Source: Psammoneis japonica
Lineage: Eukaryota
NCBI GenBank assembly: GCA_008632985.1
Contig: QPGO01000060.1
Coordinates: 124,001 to 188,000, forward strand
DNA length: 64,000 bases
Direction of reading: 5' to 3'
Position 1 is the stretch's first letter. The number at the start of each line of letters is the position of its first letter. A model generated the notes under the pieces. It searched no databases. It saw only the letters and a list, made by a program, of their open reading frames with translations, and was not told the origin of the DNA. Position numbers and translations under genes: made by a program. Positions 12,101 through 22,423 of the stretch are shown here, one piece after another.

Positions 12101-15018
12101 GACAAAGCGGGGCTTGGTGGGGTCCTTGGCTGTTACCTCGTCGCAAGCCTCACGAGCTAGCTTTGCACCACAGTAATTCAGTTCATAAGCATATGCCTCC
12201 ATATTGTAGTCAGCCATGGCGATTGTTGTAGAAGAGAAGGTGTTAGTTCCAATCAAATTTGATCCTCCTTCTTCAAGATACGCCTTGTAAATGTCTGAAA
12301 TGATTGAGGCTGTGTAATGGACAACATATCGTTGTTACCCTTGACATTGCAGTTCCAATCCTTGAACTGCTCTCCGCGGTACTCTTCTTCATCGAGCTTG
12401 TTGCGCTTGGCATAATTCTGAATCATTGTACCCATGGCCCCATCATAGATTGCAATCTGACTCGTAAAGAGCGATGTAATATATTCCCGTACCGAATCAC
12501 GTCCTCGTACAAAGTGAGGAAACGACTCGGGGTATAAATCACGAGGCTGCGAGTAATCAATACAGATATCTTTGCTTGCGGTAGTTGATTTCTGGCGAAT
12601 AGCGGTAATCTTCTCGTGGGTGAGATTGGAGTTCAAATAGGGGTTCGGGACATGATTCTTCGCGGCTTCTGACGTTGGTAGAGGCGGTTCGATGGCAGGT
12701 TTGGGGGTGACATTGTCATACGAGAATGCAAGGCGTGGCCTGTTTACAGGTTTGCCACGAGGCTTCCGAGGCGGAGGCAAGCCCTTCTTTTTGGCGTCGA
12801 TGCATGCTCTTTCGTACTCTGTCCGTTTCAGCATCTCGTCTGTCGCATCCTCGGTCTTGTTGAATACGAGGTTCTCGCATAGCACCCTCATGTCGTCGTC
12901 TAATTCATCGATAGCAAGCATTTCTTTCGCATTCACAATACCAACGTCCATTCCGGACTCAAGTATGGCGTGATGCAGGAACACGGCATGAATTGATTCG
13001 CGGATTTTCGTTACTCCTCTGAATCCAAACGAAAGGTTCGAAATACCACCGCTAACCTTTACGTACGGACACTGTTCCTTGATGGTCTTTGTTGCGTTGA
13101 TAAAGTCAACTCCATAGTTGGCGTGTTCCTCCATGCCGGTACCAATCGTCAATACATTGGGATCAAACACAATATCTTCTGGAGGGTAACCCACTTCATT
13201 AACAAGAATGTCGTACGAGCGTTTGCATATACGAGCCTTGTCCTCCTCGGTCGCAGCTTGTCCTTGTTCGTCAAACGCCATGACTACTACTGCAGCACCA
13301 TGTTTCTTCAACAATGTCGCTTGTTCCTTGAACAACTCTTCTCCGACCTTGAGAGAGATGGAGTTCACAATACACTTGCCCTGGCACCACTTGAGTCCAG
13401 CCAAAACAATTTCGAATTTGGACGCATCCAACATAAAGGGAACTTTTGCTACTTCAGGCTCTGTGACAGCAATCTTGACAAACTTTTGCATAGCGGCCAA
13501 TCCATCAAGCATACCGTCATCGACATTGATATCAATCACATGAGCACCATCCTCGACTTGCTTCTTCGCTATATCCATGGCTGTTCCATAGTCACCCGCC
13601 ATCATGAGCTTTTTGAAGCGAATCGATCCGGAAATATTGCAACGCTCACCCACGTTCAAGAACGGTAAGCCCAAGTGGTTATGAACATCATCAACAACCA
13701 AGTCTTCGAGACCAGAAAGCCACATCTTGGGACGGCCAATGTCTGGAAGCCTTCTTGGCTTGTACTGCTCCGACATTTCGCGAATGGCCTTGATGTGGGG
13801 CGGAGTGGATCCACAGCAACCACCAACCATGTTCAACCACCCATTCTCGAAAAATACCTTATTATACTCTGCCATGTCTTCCGGTGTTTCGTCGTAGCCA
13901 CCCATGGCGTTGGGAAGACCAGCGTTAGAATAGACATGAAGGAAACACTCAACGACCTTGTCTAGTTTCTCAACAAACGGAGTCATGTGCTGGGCACCAA
14001 GAGCACAGTTAAGACCCACACACATGGGCTTGGCGTGACGGATCGAAGCGTAAAAGGCTTCTCCAGTTTGACCGGACAAGGTGCGGCCCGACTGGTCCAC
14101 AAGAGTTCCAGAAATAAACACGGGAATGTCTAACCCCGAAAAGTCCAAGAACTCGCCAATTGCAAATAATGCTGCTTTGGCATTGAGTGTATCGAAAATG
14201 GTTTCCACCATTAGAATATCAGCACCACCGTCGACCAACCCAACAACTTGCTCAAAGTACGTCTCTACCAACTCGTCAAAGGTCACGTTTCTGGCGGACG
14301 GGTCTTCTACCGAAGGAGAAATTGAACCAGTACGGTTGGTTGGACCAATGGCACCCACGACAAAGCGGGGCTTGGTGGGGTCCTTGGCTGTTACCTCGTC
14401 GCAAGCCTCACGAGCTAGCTTTGCACCGCAATAGTTCAGTTCATAAGCATATGCTTCCATATTGTAGTCAGCCATGGCGATTGTTGTAGAAGAAAAGGTG
14501 TTAGTCCCAATCAAATTTGATCCTCCTTCTTCAAGATACGCCTTGTAAATGTCTGAAATGATTTGAGGCTGTGTAATGGACAACATGTCGTTGTTACCCT
14601 TGACATTGCAGTTCCAATCCTTGAACTGCTCTCCGCGGTACTCTTCTTCGTCGAGCTTGTTGCGCTTGGCATAATTCTGAATCATTGTACCCATGGCTCC
14701 ATCATAGATTGCAATCTGACTCGTAAAGAGCGACGTAATATATTCCCGTACCGAATCACGTCCTCGTACAAAGTGAGGAAAGGACTCGGGGTACAAGTCC
14801 TTGGGTTGATCATAATCCAAATCAACGTTCTTAACGGTTGCTTTCTGACGAATCGCCGCTATTTTCTCATGAGTCAACTTTGAATTCACATAGGGATTCG
14901 GAACATGGTTCTGAGCAGCATAGGATGTGGGTAGTGGAGGCTCGGTTGCTTCTTTTGGCTCCACGTTGTCATACGGAAAGGTAACTCGAGGCAGATCGGG
15001 CCGTTCTGCCTTGCTCAT
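6168..15018 (-). CDS. metH: Cobalamin-dependent methionine synthase with a triplicated Hcy-binding + pterin-binding module (~2865 aa if a 1-bp indel at ~12304 is corrected)
   Basis: ATG 15018. There are three copies of DGAMGT...GLNCALG...GGCCG (Zn/Hcy domain) and GERCN...DINVD (pterin domain), then a cap domain ([14 protein letters not shown]), the B12 motif DVHDIG and an activation domain (RPAPGYP). Introns at 7821-7902, 7296-7386 and 7035-7115 restore conserved sequence. Confidence 0.95.
8260..15018 (-). repeat. Intragenic tandem triplication in metH, period 2259/2258 bp
   Basis: Identical antisense ORFs start at 9564, 11823 and 14081. The copies differ mostly at synonymous positions. Confidence 0.95.
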
Positions 15019-15593
15019 TTTTCTTGAAGCCCACAGGAGTGAAACAGAGACCGCTTTGTTCAACTGAAAACAGATTAGACCTCAAGACTTGAATTAGAGC
15101 TCTATCGATTCCACAAAGTCTTCTTGTCTTCGTCTATTTTTGCTCTATGTTGAAGTCGCAAAATGTGGAATGATGACGAAAGAAAAGCACGTGCTGAGTT
15201 GTTTGGCTCTGAAACATGCGTAAAAAACTTCCCGCCAGTTTTTCTTGGGCCACTGGAACGTGCGCATTCAACGCATAGTACAAATCTTCGTAGATTTCAC
15301 GCAGGTAGAATGAAGTACATCGGAACCGCACATTTTCGTAGGACTGAAGGACGTACCGTACTGTTCAGGTTGTATGCGCATAAAAGACGCGCACACCAGT
15401 GCAATGTCGGACAGACGACGGCCGCACAATTGATTGCGCATTGCTTGCGATTCGCACGACAAATTGCCGTTCGACGCCGACGATGACGATGACATTTTCA
15501 GACGCTGATAGAGGACGACTTCGCAACATGCACTTAACACATTTTAATCAATTCCACTGTTATGAACACACACATGCAAAGAAAGTCCCCAGA

Positions 15594-15869
15594 TGACAGA
15601 AAATGAAGGCAAATGGCAAGAATTCAAACAACAACTCCTTGCTGCTGTCTAAATGGCAGATGAGTCTCCGCTCAGAGACCGTTACAGGAGCCGAAAGACG
15701 TGCAAGTTGGTATAATCGGGCTACTGTCATTGTTCTTGTGAGCCTTGTGGCTCAAAAGCAAACTGCATCGTGCGTGAACGCGCAGAACTAAAGCACACAA
15801 AACTGTGCACGGCAAACTAAACAGCGCGCGATGCTTCGCGCGCACCTAAATCCTGTTCAAATCCTGTCA
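15594..15869 (-). repeat. 3' LTR of the copia (hypermutated copy)
   Basis: It aligns without gaps to 22424-22699 with 13 substitutions. Confidence 0.97.
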
Positions 15870-18800
15870 CTCCCCAGTTTGCTTGAGGAGCCACAGAAAC
15901 AGATTCGACTTCGGATGGAATGAAGTTCCAGAACATGAGGGGGCGGAGAAGGTCCCAGATTTGGGAGCAACCCCAATGCTTGCTGAGAATGTCAGCAGGG
16001 TTGCGGGAGCCTTCGATGAATTGGAACTCAAGGCAACCAGAGGCAATTGCCTCACGCACACGGTGGAACGACAGTGCGGTGTGTCGCTTGTGTAACTTGG
16101 AGTGCGGGATGGTGGCACTGTCTACAACCGACTTGTTGTCACCGAACATGTGACTGACGTCACGGATCGGGACGCCAAGGTGGCGCAGGGTGATGCGCAG
16201 GTCGATGGTCTGCTCAACACAAGTCCTTGCGGCAACAAATTCAGACCCGCAGGTCGCAGTCTCCACGGTGGCTTGTTTCTTAGAGAACCAATCAGCCGGG
16301 AATTTGTTGAGGAAGTGGAGCATTCCCATGACAGAGCGTCCGGTGAGCATGCAATGGTGCAAGTTTGCATCGACGTAGTGGGTGGCAGTGACGAACTTGC
16401 CAAGGGGCGGTGGAGCGTCCTTCGGGATCATCTCTTCTGCTTCACCACACACGGAATGCATCCATTCACAGGCCGGAGCAGGGAGATCCGAACAGTCGGG
16501 CTCTTCCGTGCGAACGCGGAGAGCACCGTGTCGCATCTTGGAGAGGCACCCACAGACGCATTTGGCACGATCCAAGTGGCCTTGACGGGGCGCAGCTCGG
16601 AAGCTAGAGAGTGACATGACGGCCGTGGTGATGTCAATTCGACCAAGGGACACTGCCCATTGGAGTGAACCAACAAGAGACTGGAACTTGTGAATGCCAT
16701 CGGGTCCCAGCAGTTCGGAAGTGTCCAGTTCGGGGTGGTCACCCTTCTCTAGAGGTGACAGGGTGTTGGTGGCAGGTTTCTCCCCAAACAGTCGGGCACA
16801 GCTGTCGACCATGCGCTCGATGTACTTGCGCGGAGACAGGCACAAGGTTCCGTCGGGTTCCCGGGAAAAGTCGCAACCCAGATGGAACTCAATGGGTCCC
16901 GCACCCTTGAGCTTGAACTTGTGCTTTTCCGTGAGAGTGTCGACGAAAGATTGAGGGTCCTTCATGGCAATGGCGAGGTCATCCACATAAACGGCAATGT
17001 ATTCACAGTGGTCGCCGTTCCTGCGCATCCAAATGTCGGGTTCGGCGCGGCAGGGGAAGAAGCCTTCAGCTCGCAGGCAGTCGGCGAAGCGCTCGTGCCA
17101 GCGGAGACCGGAGCTGCGCAGTCCATGCAGTGCCTTGTGGATGACAAGGATGTGTCCTTCGAGTTTGCCGAACTCGGGTCCAGCTACAATGTAAAGCTTC
17201 TCCTTGGTGGTGGCTTCAAGGTAGGCATTGCCAATGTCGGTGGCCCATGTCTCCAACTCGTTGAGTTCGGCCAGGAAAATCATCAGCCGAAGGCCACGGA
17301 GGGAGACTACTCCGGAGTAGACACTGTCGACAGGTACGTCCGTGAGGTGCCCGTCGGCTACGAGTCGTGCCTTGTGGCGACCGTCGTGTTTCACATCGTG
17401 CGCTAGGTGCACTCGGATCTTCTTGCATCCCGCAGGAGGAGTGGAAGACTTGAAGGGCCCGCAGTCATGGAAGACTTCGTATTCGTCGAGTTGGTCCATC
17501 TCGAGATTGGTTGCGTCTCCCCACTTGCGGTTGCCGTTGCGTTCGTCTAGTGACATGGCGTGTTTGTAGTTCCGGGGAACTTCGCATCCACACTTGCAGC
17601 GGGGTGCAGTGCGGAAGGAGCGAAGCTTGGCTTGGTTGGCCATGCGAAACAGCTTCTTTTGGCGCCTCGCGATGGTGCGGAACCGCTTCCAGCCATCCGT
17701 GTCGAGGAGTCCGTTCTCTCGTGCATAGATGGCACAGGTGACGGGGTCGTCCTTGGCGATGATGGCAAGAGGCTCGGACGTGATCTCCCCACTTTCCCAT
17801 TCAAGCATGATGTTGTAGCTGGAGCCTTTCCAGGTTGGGTCGTGAGGCTTCAGAGGTCCTTCGTGTGACACGATGCATCGAAATTTCCAAACAGTGGTGT
17901 CTTCGTCTTCTTGCTCAATGTGATTCATGATGTCATTGCAGGCGAGGACTTCCTCGTATTCGTCATTGTTGACAGAGCAGACGAACTTAGTGAGCTCGGG
18001 ATTGCCATTCACTTTCCATTCGTGGTCTTCGACGGCCTTGACGATGCGAGCTCTGTGGCGTTGTCCATCCTCTTGTGGCTGCATGAGGAAGGTACGTCCA
18101 ATGATGTCTTGCGGATCGAAAACTGGCATCTTGGGTGTCCTGATCTCCCCATCAGGAGAGTCGACGGGGTTGTCGTCATGGCAAGATTTGATGATGGGTT
18201 CAGGTGGCTCCCCATCAGGAGGATCAAGACGCAGGTTTCGAACGGCAGGATCGGGGGTAGCGGAGCGGACGTTGGACCGGTAGAGGATCTTCTGAGTCTC
18301 GTCAGATAGAATCTTGAAGGTCATCTGGTGGCCGACGTGCTCAGCAATGCCAACGAAGCGTCCACGCAACTCACGGGATTCAGACGGCCAATCGGAGTCA
18401 TCGAGGTGGAAGTGCACGGGTTCCCACCAGTGAAAGCGAAGCAATGGGCTGATGTCCGGGGTGGAGCCAGTGAGAGTCTCGAGGGGCGTGCGCCAGTGGA
18501 GACGTGGGGACGCTGCATGGTTGAGCATGAAGCACACGCACATGAGCGCCAGCAGCCATGTGTGGGCGGGCGAACCAAAACGATCCATGACAGTGTTCGC
18601 CATGCGCTTCACGGTCTGGCATCGACGCTCGGCAAAGTTTTGGTGTTGCTGGTGAGGCTCACTTTGCCAGCTAGAGATGAAGAGGGCGCGCAGGATCCCG
18701 AGCACTTTGTTGCTGATCTCAACTTGAGCACGGTCGCTAATGAGTTTGGATGGGGCACCACGTGCACGGATCTGATCCTCGAGTGTGTTGACAAACTCTT

Positions 18801-21486
18801 TGTCCGTCTTAGTGCCGTAGACGTCAGTGACGGTAGACTCGGTGCCAACAAACAGTTGGGCGCTGGTGCAACCAGAGTCGACGGCCGGGGTGTCGGCACA
18901 AACGGTGTCAGTGGCGACAGGCTCGTTGCGGCGGTGCACATTAAGGGCGGGGTTGGGTGATTTGTAGGCCTTGCGAAGGTGTGTACCGGCGGGCATGCGG
19001 GCGTACTGCGTGGTGCAGTCAAAAGTACGACGGACCGTGTCGGTAGGTAGGAAGCCAAAGTAAGGCCGAAGAGACTCGAAGGGGGGGTCCTTGGGCTGCA
19101 CAGTGCGCTCCGGAGGTGTAACGTCATCGCCCTGGGGGCCAATCGCATGCAGATGACACTCGCAGAACACGTCGTCGTTCGGAATGAGGTGATCATCGAG
19201 GGCGGACGCGTGATCGGCAGACAAGGAAGCGGACAAGATGGTCTCGTTGACAACGACACGATGACGGTAGTTGCCGCATTCGTCAAACAGGTTGGCAGTG
19301 GGATCGTCCTGTAGGTCAGAGATCGCGTCGTACCACTGGTCGTCGTCAGTGACAGAGTGATCGAGGACGGAAGGGTCCCATGTGTCATCACCGGTGAGGA
19401 TGACATGGGGCAGGGTGTCCCATTCGGCGTCAGTGTAAGGTCGCATGGCAACATAAGGCAGGCCAGCCTTGATGTCAATGGGGATGACACAGCCATCAGG
19501 AGTGGCAATACGTTGCAAGCCGTTGGGCACCTTGACAGAGTGATCGTTGACATCCTGTTTGTGCCATTCGAGCTGGCCGCAGGAATGGATGGTCTTGCCC
19601 TTTCCCGTGCATGCGTGCTGATGGAGGATGGCGATGACGGGACCACGCTGGGTCTCAATGACGGCACCAGCGGTGACAATGGGGATGTCCACCAATTGAT
19701 GATCGTCAATGCCCTGAACGTCGACTTGGCGAGAGGTGCGTGCAATGACGCGAACGTTGTCGCCAGCAATGCCGCCGTTGGCCCCACGATCGACTAGAGC
19801 ACCAGTGCGTGTGGATCGATGAGCAGAGGCAGAGTAAATGACATTGTGGTTGTCAACGCGGCGGCAAGTGCGGCCGTTAAGCTCCATGTTATCTGCAGAA
19901 GCTGGCGGGGTAGAGGAAGCGGCGGATGGCCCCGGTCGACTGGCATTGGGGGCTTGGTTAGGAGACAACAGACGTTGCAGATCACTGGGTGGCAGTGGCT
20001 TGCGCTTGGTGAGGTGCGCCAGGATGGGATTGTCCGAAGTGGCGTCCACATGTGGGGCGGAGTCACCAGAGTCAGCAGGAGTCGTGTTGGACAAGTTGAC
20101 ATCACCGTCACTCCCAAGGTGTTGGTCGTGAAGGTTGGCCGTAACAGACTCATGGCAGTTGCTGGCTCGCGGATTGCGGGGAGGTGGACGAGAATGCTCA
20201 AGGATGATCGCCTTGGAGGAATCGGGCAACGAGTCCCAGAGCCGTTGGTGGTCGGGAGGGAGACGTCTCCATTGGACACCGGTGAGGCTGGGACCGCGGG
20301 TGCAGGCAGCATTGGCTTGAAGGACGTCAACATCGCTGTCAATGTCGTAGAACACATCGTCGGACGGTTCCTCGGAGCAGACGTCGTGTGCGTGTGTGGC
20401 GCGTCGGGGAGCTCGAGGTGTCGTCTTGGGTTGAAACGTGCTGTCGTACTGAGCTGCCGCGGAGAGGAGCAAGCCACAGCATTGATCGTATGTGAGGCTC
20501 TTGCCACTCTGCGTACGATGCTGATCAGCTTGGTTCTTGACAGCACGGAGTTCCTCGACAGGGTGCACGGCATTCTCGAGCATGACGCGCTTCTGTCCTT
20601 CAGAGAAGTGGTCACTGGCCGGGGTGAGTGCCTCGCACTTGCGCAACTGATCTTGCCAATGAAGGATGAACCCGTGGGTCGGACCTTTCCAAGTGCCATC
20701 ACCAAGACGCGCGGTGGTGAGGTACGTGAGCAGGGTGGAGGACTCGATGGATGCGCGGGTGGAGGCAAGCGCGCACTCAGACAAGGAGCGGCAGACGGTC
20801 TGTGCGTCAGAAGACCCCACATTTTCGCGAATGAGAGCCTTGCCCTTGTCGGTGAGAAGGATGTGTTCGAAGATGGCGAACATGTGCTTTTGCTGTTCAG
20901 CAAAGAGCAGTTTGTCTTCGGGGCTGGTCGGTTTGTACGACGAGTCTAGAATGCACTTGACGTCTTGGGCACGGGCTTGTGCCACAAGTGAGGTGTGCCA
21001 AGTGTGCCACTGCTTGTCGGATTTGAGAGCCGTGAAAGCGGTGGGATCACACTTGATGCCTCGCTTGAAGTCCCGCACCGGGTCGCGTGCCTTGGTCGGG
21101 TTGGTGACATGTGGAGGTGCAAGGGGTGAGCTGCCGATGGACACAGAAGACATGCAGTCGGGGCTGAGGCGGCAGGCAAGGAACTCGTCATGCGTGAACA
21201 AAGAGGAGTTGTTGGCAACGTCAAGACCTTTGTGTGCTTTAACAATGTGCAGACTGACCAGTGCTGCTAACATGTTCTTACAACCACGGGGCAAAGGGAT
21301 TGCATCAGTGCCGTTGTCGCACTCAAGCGAGTCGATTTGGGACGGCATGAACGTGAACAGTTCCTGACATGAGTCCGTGCCGTCTTGGGCCAAAGCCAAA
21401 CGAAGAGGACTCCCAGCACCTTGGGCAAGCACGGTTCCAACCACGTGCTCGAAACCATCGGTTTGTTGCTGGCGAGTGAGAACCAT
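15817..21486 (-). CDS. Copia gag-pol polyprotein (protease-integrase-RT-RNase H), open but with many Tyr>Cys/His changes
   Basis: ATG 21486. Motifs in copia order: protease LVDRGANGG; integrase ATDTV / SDRAQ / AERR; RT KARLVADG, DIGNAYL, YVDD; RNase H YVDANL, SEF, GDN, ADILSK. The stop codon lies inside the 3' LTR. Confidence 0.95.
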   Translation of the reverse strand: MVLTRQQQTDGFEHVVGTVLAQGAGSPLRLALAQDGTDSCQELFTFMPSQIDSLECDNGTDAIPLPRGCKNMLAALVSLHIVKAHKGLDVANNSSLFTHDEFLACRLSPDCMSSVSIGSSPLAPPHVTNPTKARDPVRDFKRGIKCDPTAFTALKSDKQWHTWHTSLVAQARAQDVKCILDSSYKPTSPEDKLLFAEQQKHMFAIFEHILLTDKGKALIRENVGSSDAQTVCRSLSECALASTRASIESSTLLTYLTTARLGDGTWKGPTHGFILHWQDQLRKCEALTPASDHFSEGQKRVMLENAVHPVEELRAVKNQADQHRTQSGKSLTYDQCCGLLLSAAAQYDSTFQPKTTPRAPRRATHAHDVCSEEPSDDVFYDIDSDVDVLQANAACTRGPSLTGVQWRRLPPDHQRLWDSLPDSSKAIILEHSRPPPRNPRASNCHESVTANLHDQHLGSDGDVNLSNTTPADSGDSAPHVDATSDNPILAHLTKRKPLPPSDLQRLLSPNQAPNASRPGPSAASSTPPASADNMELNGRTCRRVDNHNVIYSASAHRSTRTGALVDRGANGGIAGDNVRVIARTSRQVDVQGIDDHQLVDIPIVTAGAVIETQRGPVIAILHQHACTGKGKTIHSCGQLEWHKQDVNDHSVKVPNGLQRIATPDGCVIPIDIKAGLPYVAMRPYTDAEWDTLPHVILTGDDTWDPSVLDHSVTDDDQWYDAISDLQDDPTANLFDECGNYRHRVVVNETILSASLSADHASALDDHLIPNDDVFCECHLHAIGPQGDDVTPPERTVQPKDPPFESLRPYFGFLPTDTVRRTFDCTTQYARMPAGTHLRKAYKSPNPALNVHRRNEPVATDTVCADTPAVDSGCTSAQLFVGTESTVTDVYGTKTDKEFVNTLEDQIRARGAPSKLISDRAQVEISNKVLGILRALFISSWQSEPHQQHQNFAERRCQTVKRMANTVMDRFGSPAHTWLLALMCVCFMLNHAASPRLHWRTPLETLTGSTPDISPLLRFHWWEPVHFHLDDSDWPSESRELRGRFVGIAEHVGHQMTFKILSDETQKILYRSNVRSATPDPAVRNLRLDPPDGEPPEPIIKSCHDDNPVDSPDGEIRTPKMPVFDPQDIIGRTFLMQPQEDGQRHRARIVKAVEDHEWKVNGNPELTKFVCSVNNDEYEEVLACNDIMNHIEQEDEDTTVWKFRCIVSHEGPLKPHDPTWKGSSYNIMLEWESGEITSEPLAIIAKDDPVTCAIYARENGLLDTDGWKRFRTIARRQKKLFRMANQAKLRSFRTAPRCKCGCEVPRNYKHAMSLDERNGNRKWGDATNLEMDQLDEYEVFHDCGPFKSSTPPAGCKKIRVHLAHDVKHDGRHKARLVADGHLTDVPVDSVYSGVVSLRGLRLMIFLAELNELETWATDIGNAYLEATTKEKLYIVAGPEFGKLEGHILVIHKALHGLRSSGLRWHERFADCLRAEGFFPCRAEPDIWMRRNGDHCEYIAVYVDDLAIAMKDPQSFVDTLTEKHKFKLKGAGPIEFHLGCDFSREPDGTLCLSPRKYIERMVDSCARLFGEKPATNTLSPLEKGDHPELDTSELLGPDGIHKFQSLVGSLQWAVSLGRIDITTAVMSLSSFRAAPRQGHLDRAKCVCGCLSKMRHGALRVRTEEPDCSDLPAPACEWMHSVCGEAEEMIPKDAPPPLGKFVTATHYVDANLHHCMLTGRSVMGMLHFLNKFPADWFSKKQATVETATCGSEFVAARTCVEQTIDLRITLRHLGVPIRDVSHMFGDNKSVVDSATIPHSKLHKRHTALSFHRVREAIASGCLEFQFIEGSRNPADILSKHWGCSQIWDLLRPLMFWNFIPSEVESVSVAPQANWGVTGFEQDLGAREASRAV

Positions 21487-22412
21487 GGCAGACAAAAAAT
21501 GGTGTCAGGACAATCAATTCTGGTTGGGAAGCGAAGGCAGACTCGAAACTTGGGTGAGAATGGACTTGACTTGAAATGGACTTGACTTGAAATCTTGAAC
21601 TATCTTAAAATCAGAAGTCGCCGGGCTTTGTCATCCCATTCGTTGTTGAGTGCTAAACTTCCCATCCGGTCCGTAGAGTTGTGCCGGCACGTCCGAACCC
21701 GCAGCTGGCGGCGCTTTGGGTTGCTTGCGAGCAGAGTAGCGGGTTGTAAACCCCTGCAGGTAAGCTGACTGGAGGTGGACAAGACCCCCGAACCGTTCTT
21801 ATTTTATGTCGGTTGGATTTCCCGATCAGGCTGGCCAGTTGACGCAGGCGTTGGGCGCTGTGGACGAACGAACAAACGCGGGAAAGCACCCTCGCCCCAA
21901 CGCAGGCTGCAATCACGGCTGCTTGCTCTCACAGTCGTCCTCGTGGACCTAGTAGAACTGTAGAGCACCAGCAGTCCGGGGTAGATCAGGTACAATGGAC
22001 TCGGTGTGCTTGTAGAGTGGCAGCAAAACCGCAGTCCGAAGAGTGGGTACAGGTTCTTGGCCGTGAAGATATGTATATATATATATGTCTTCAGCAACGA
22101 AGATCCTTGAATATGTAGGGTTCTTGACCGTTAACCGATGAATAGGTATATCAAGGGATGAGGATCAAGGATAGACTTGGATATGACCGTTGAATGTATG
22201 TCTTCAGCGATCGAAGGTAGTATAATCAATCCAGATATCCAGCGGTAAGGAGACTTGACGGTGACGTTAACTTCCTGCCGATGCCCTGGTATTGAATGCG
22301 CGTAGACTTGCCGATGTATGTAGAATATATACGGAGGTCCACGTAGAATTAAAAAGTCGTTGGTAAATCAACGACGACGATGGCGGTTGCTCAATGGGTT
22401 GACAATGAGCAA

Positions 22413-22423
22413 GACTGTTAATC
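22413..22423 (-). promoter_or_regulatory. Candidate primer-binding site complementary to a tRNA-Asn(GTT) anticodon arm
   Basis: The plus strand reads GACTGTTAATC immediately inside the 5' LTR, which is an Asn anticodon stem-loop sequence. There is no TGG-type PBS. Confidence 0.55.

Noticed and set aside
15817..15880. Pol running into the 3' LTR because a TAG became TGG
   Set aside because: TGGGGAG is also a plausible native purine tract, so this cannot be decided without a family consensus.
18609..20949. Long alternative-frame and antisense ORFs (369-392 aa) inside the copia
   Set aside because: They are expected when TA-containing stops are scarce, and they have no recognisable domains.
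15594..21486. ADAR-type RNA editing or RT error as the source of A>G changes
   Set aside because: Changes occur on both strands and differ between LTRs that reverse transcription makes identical.
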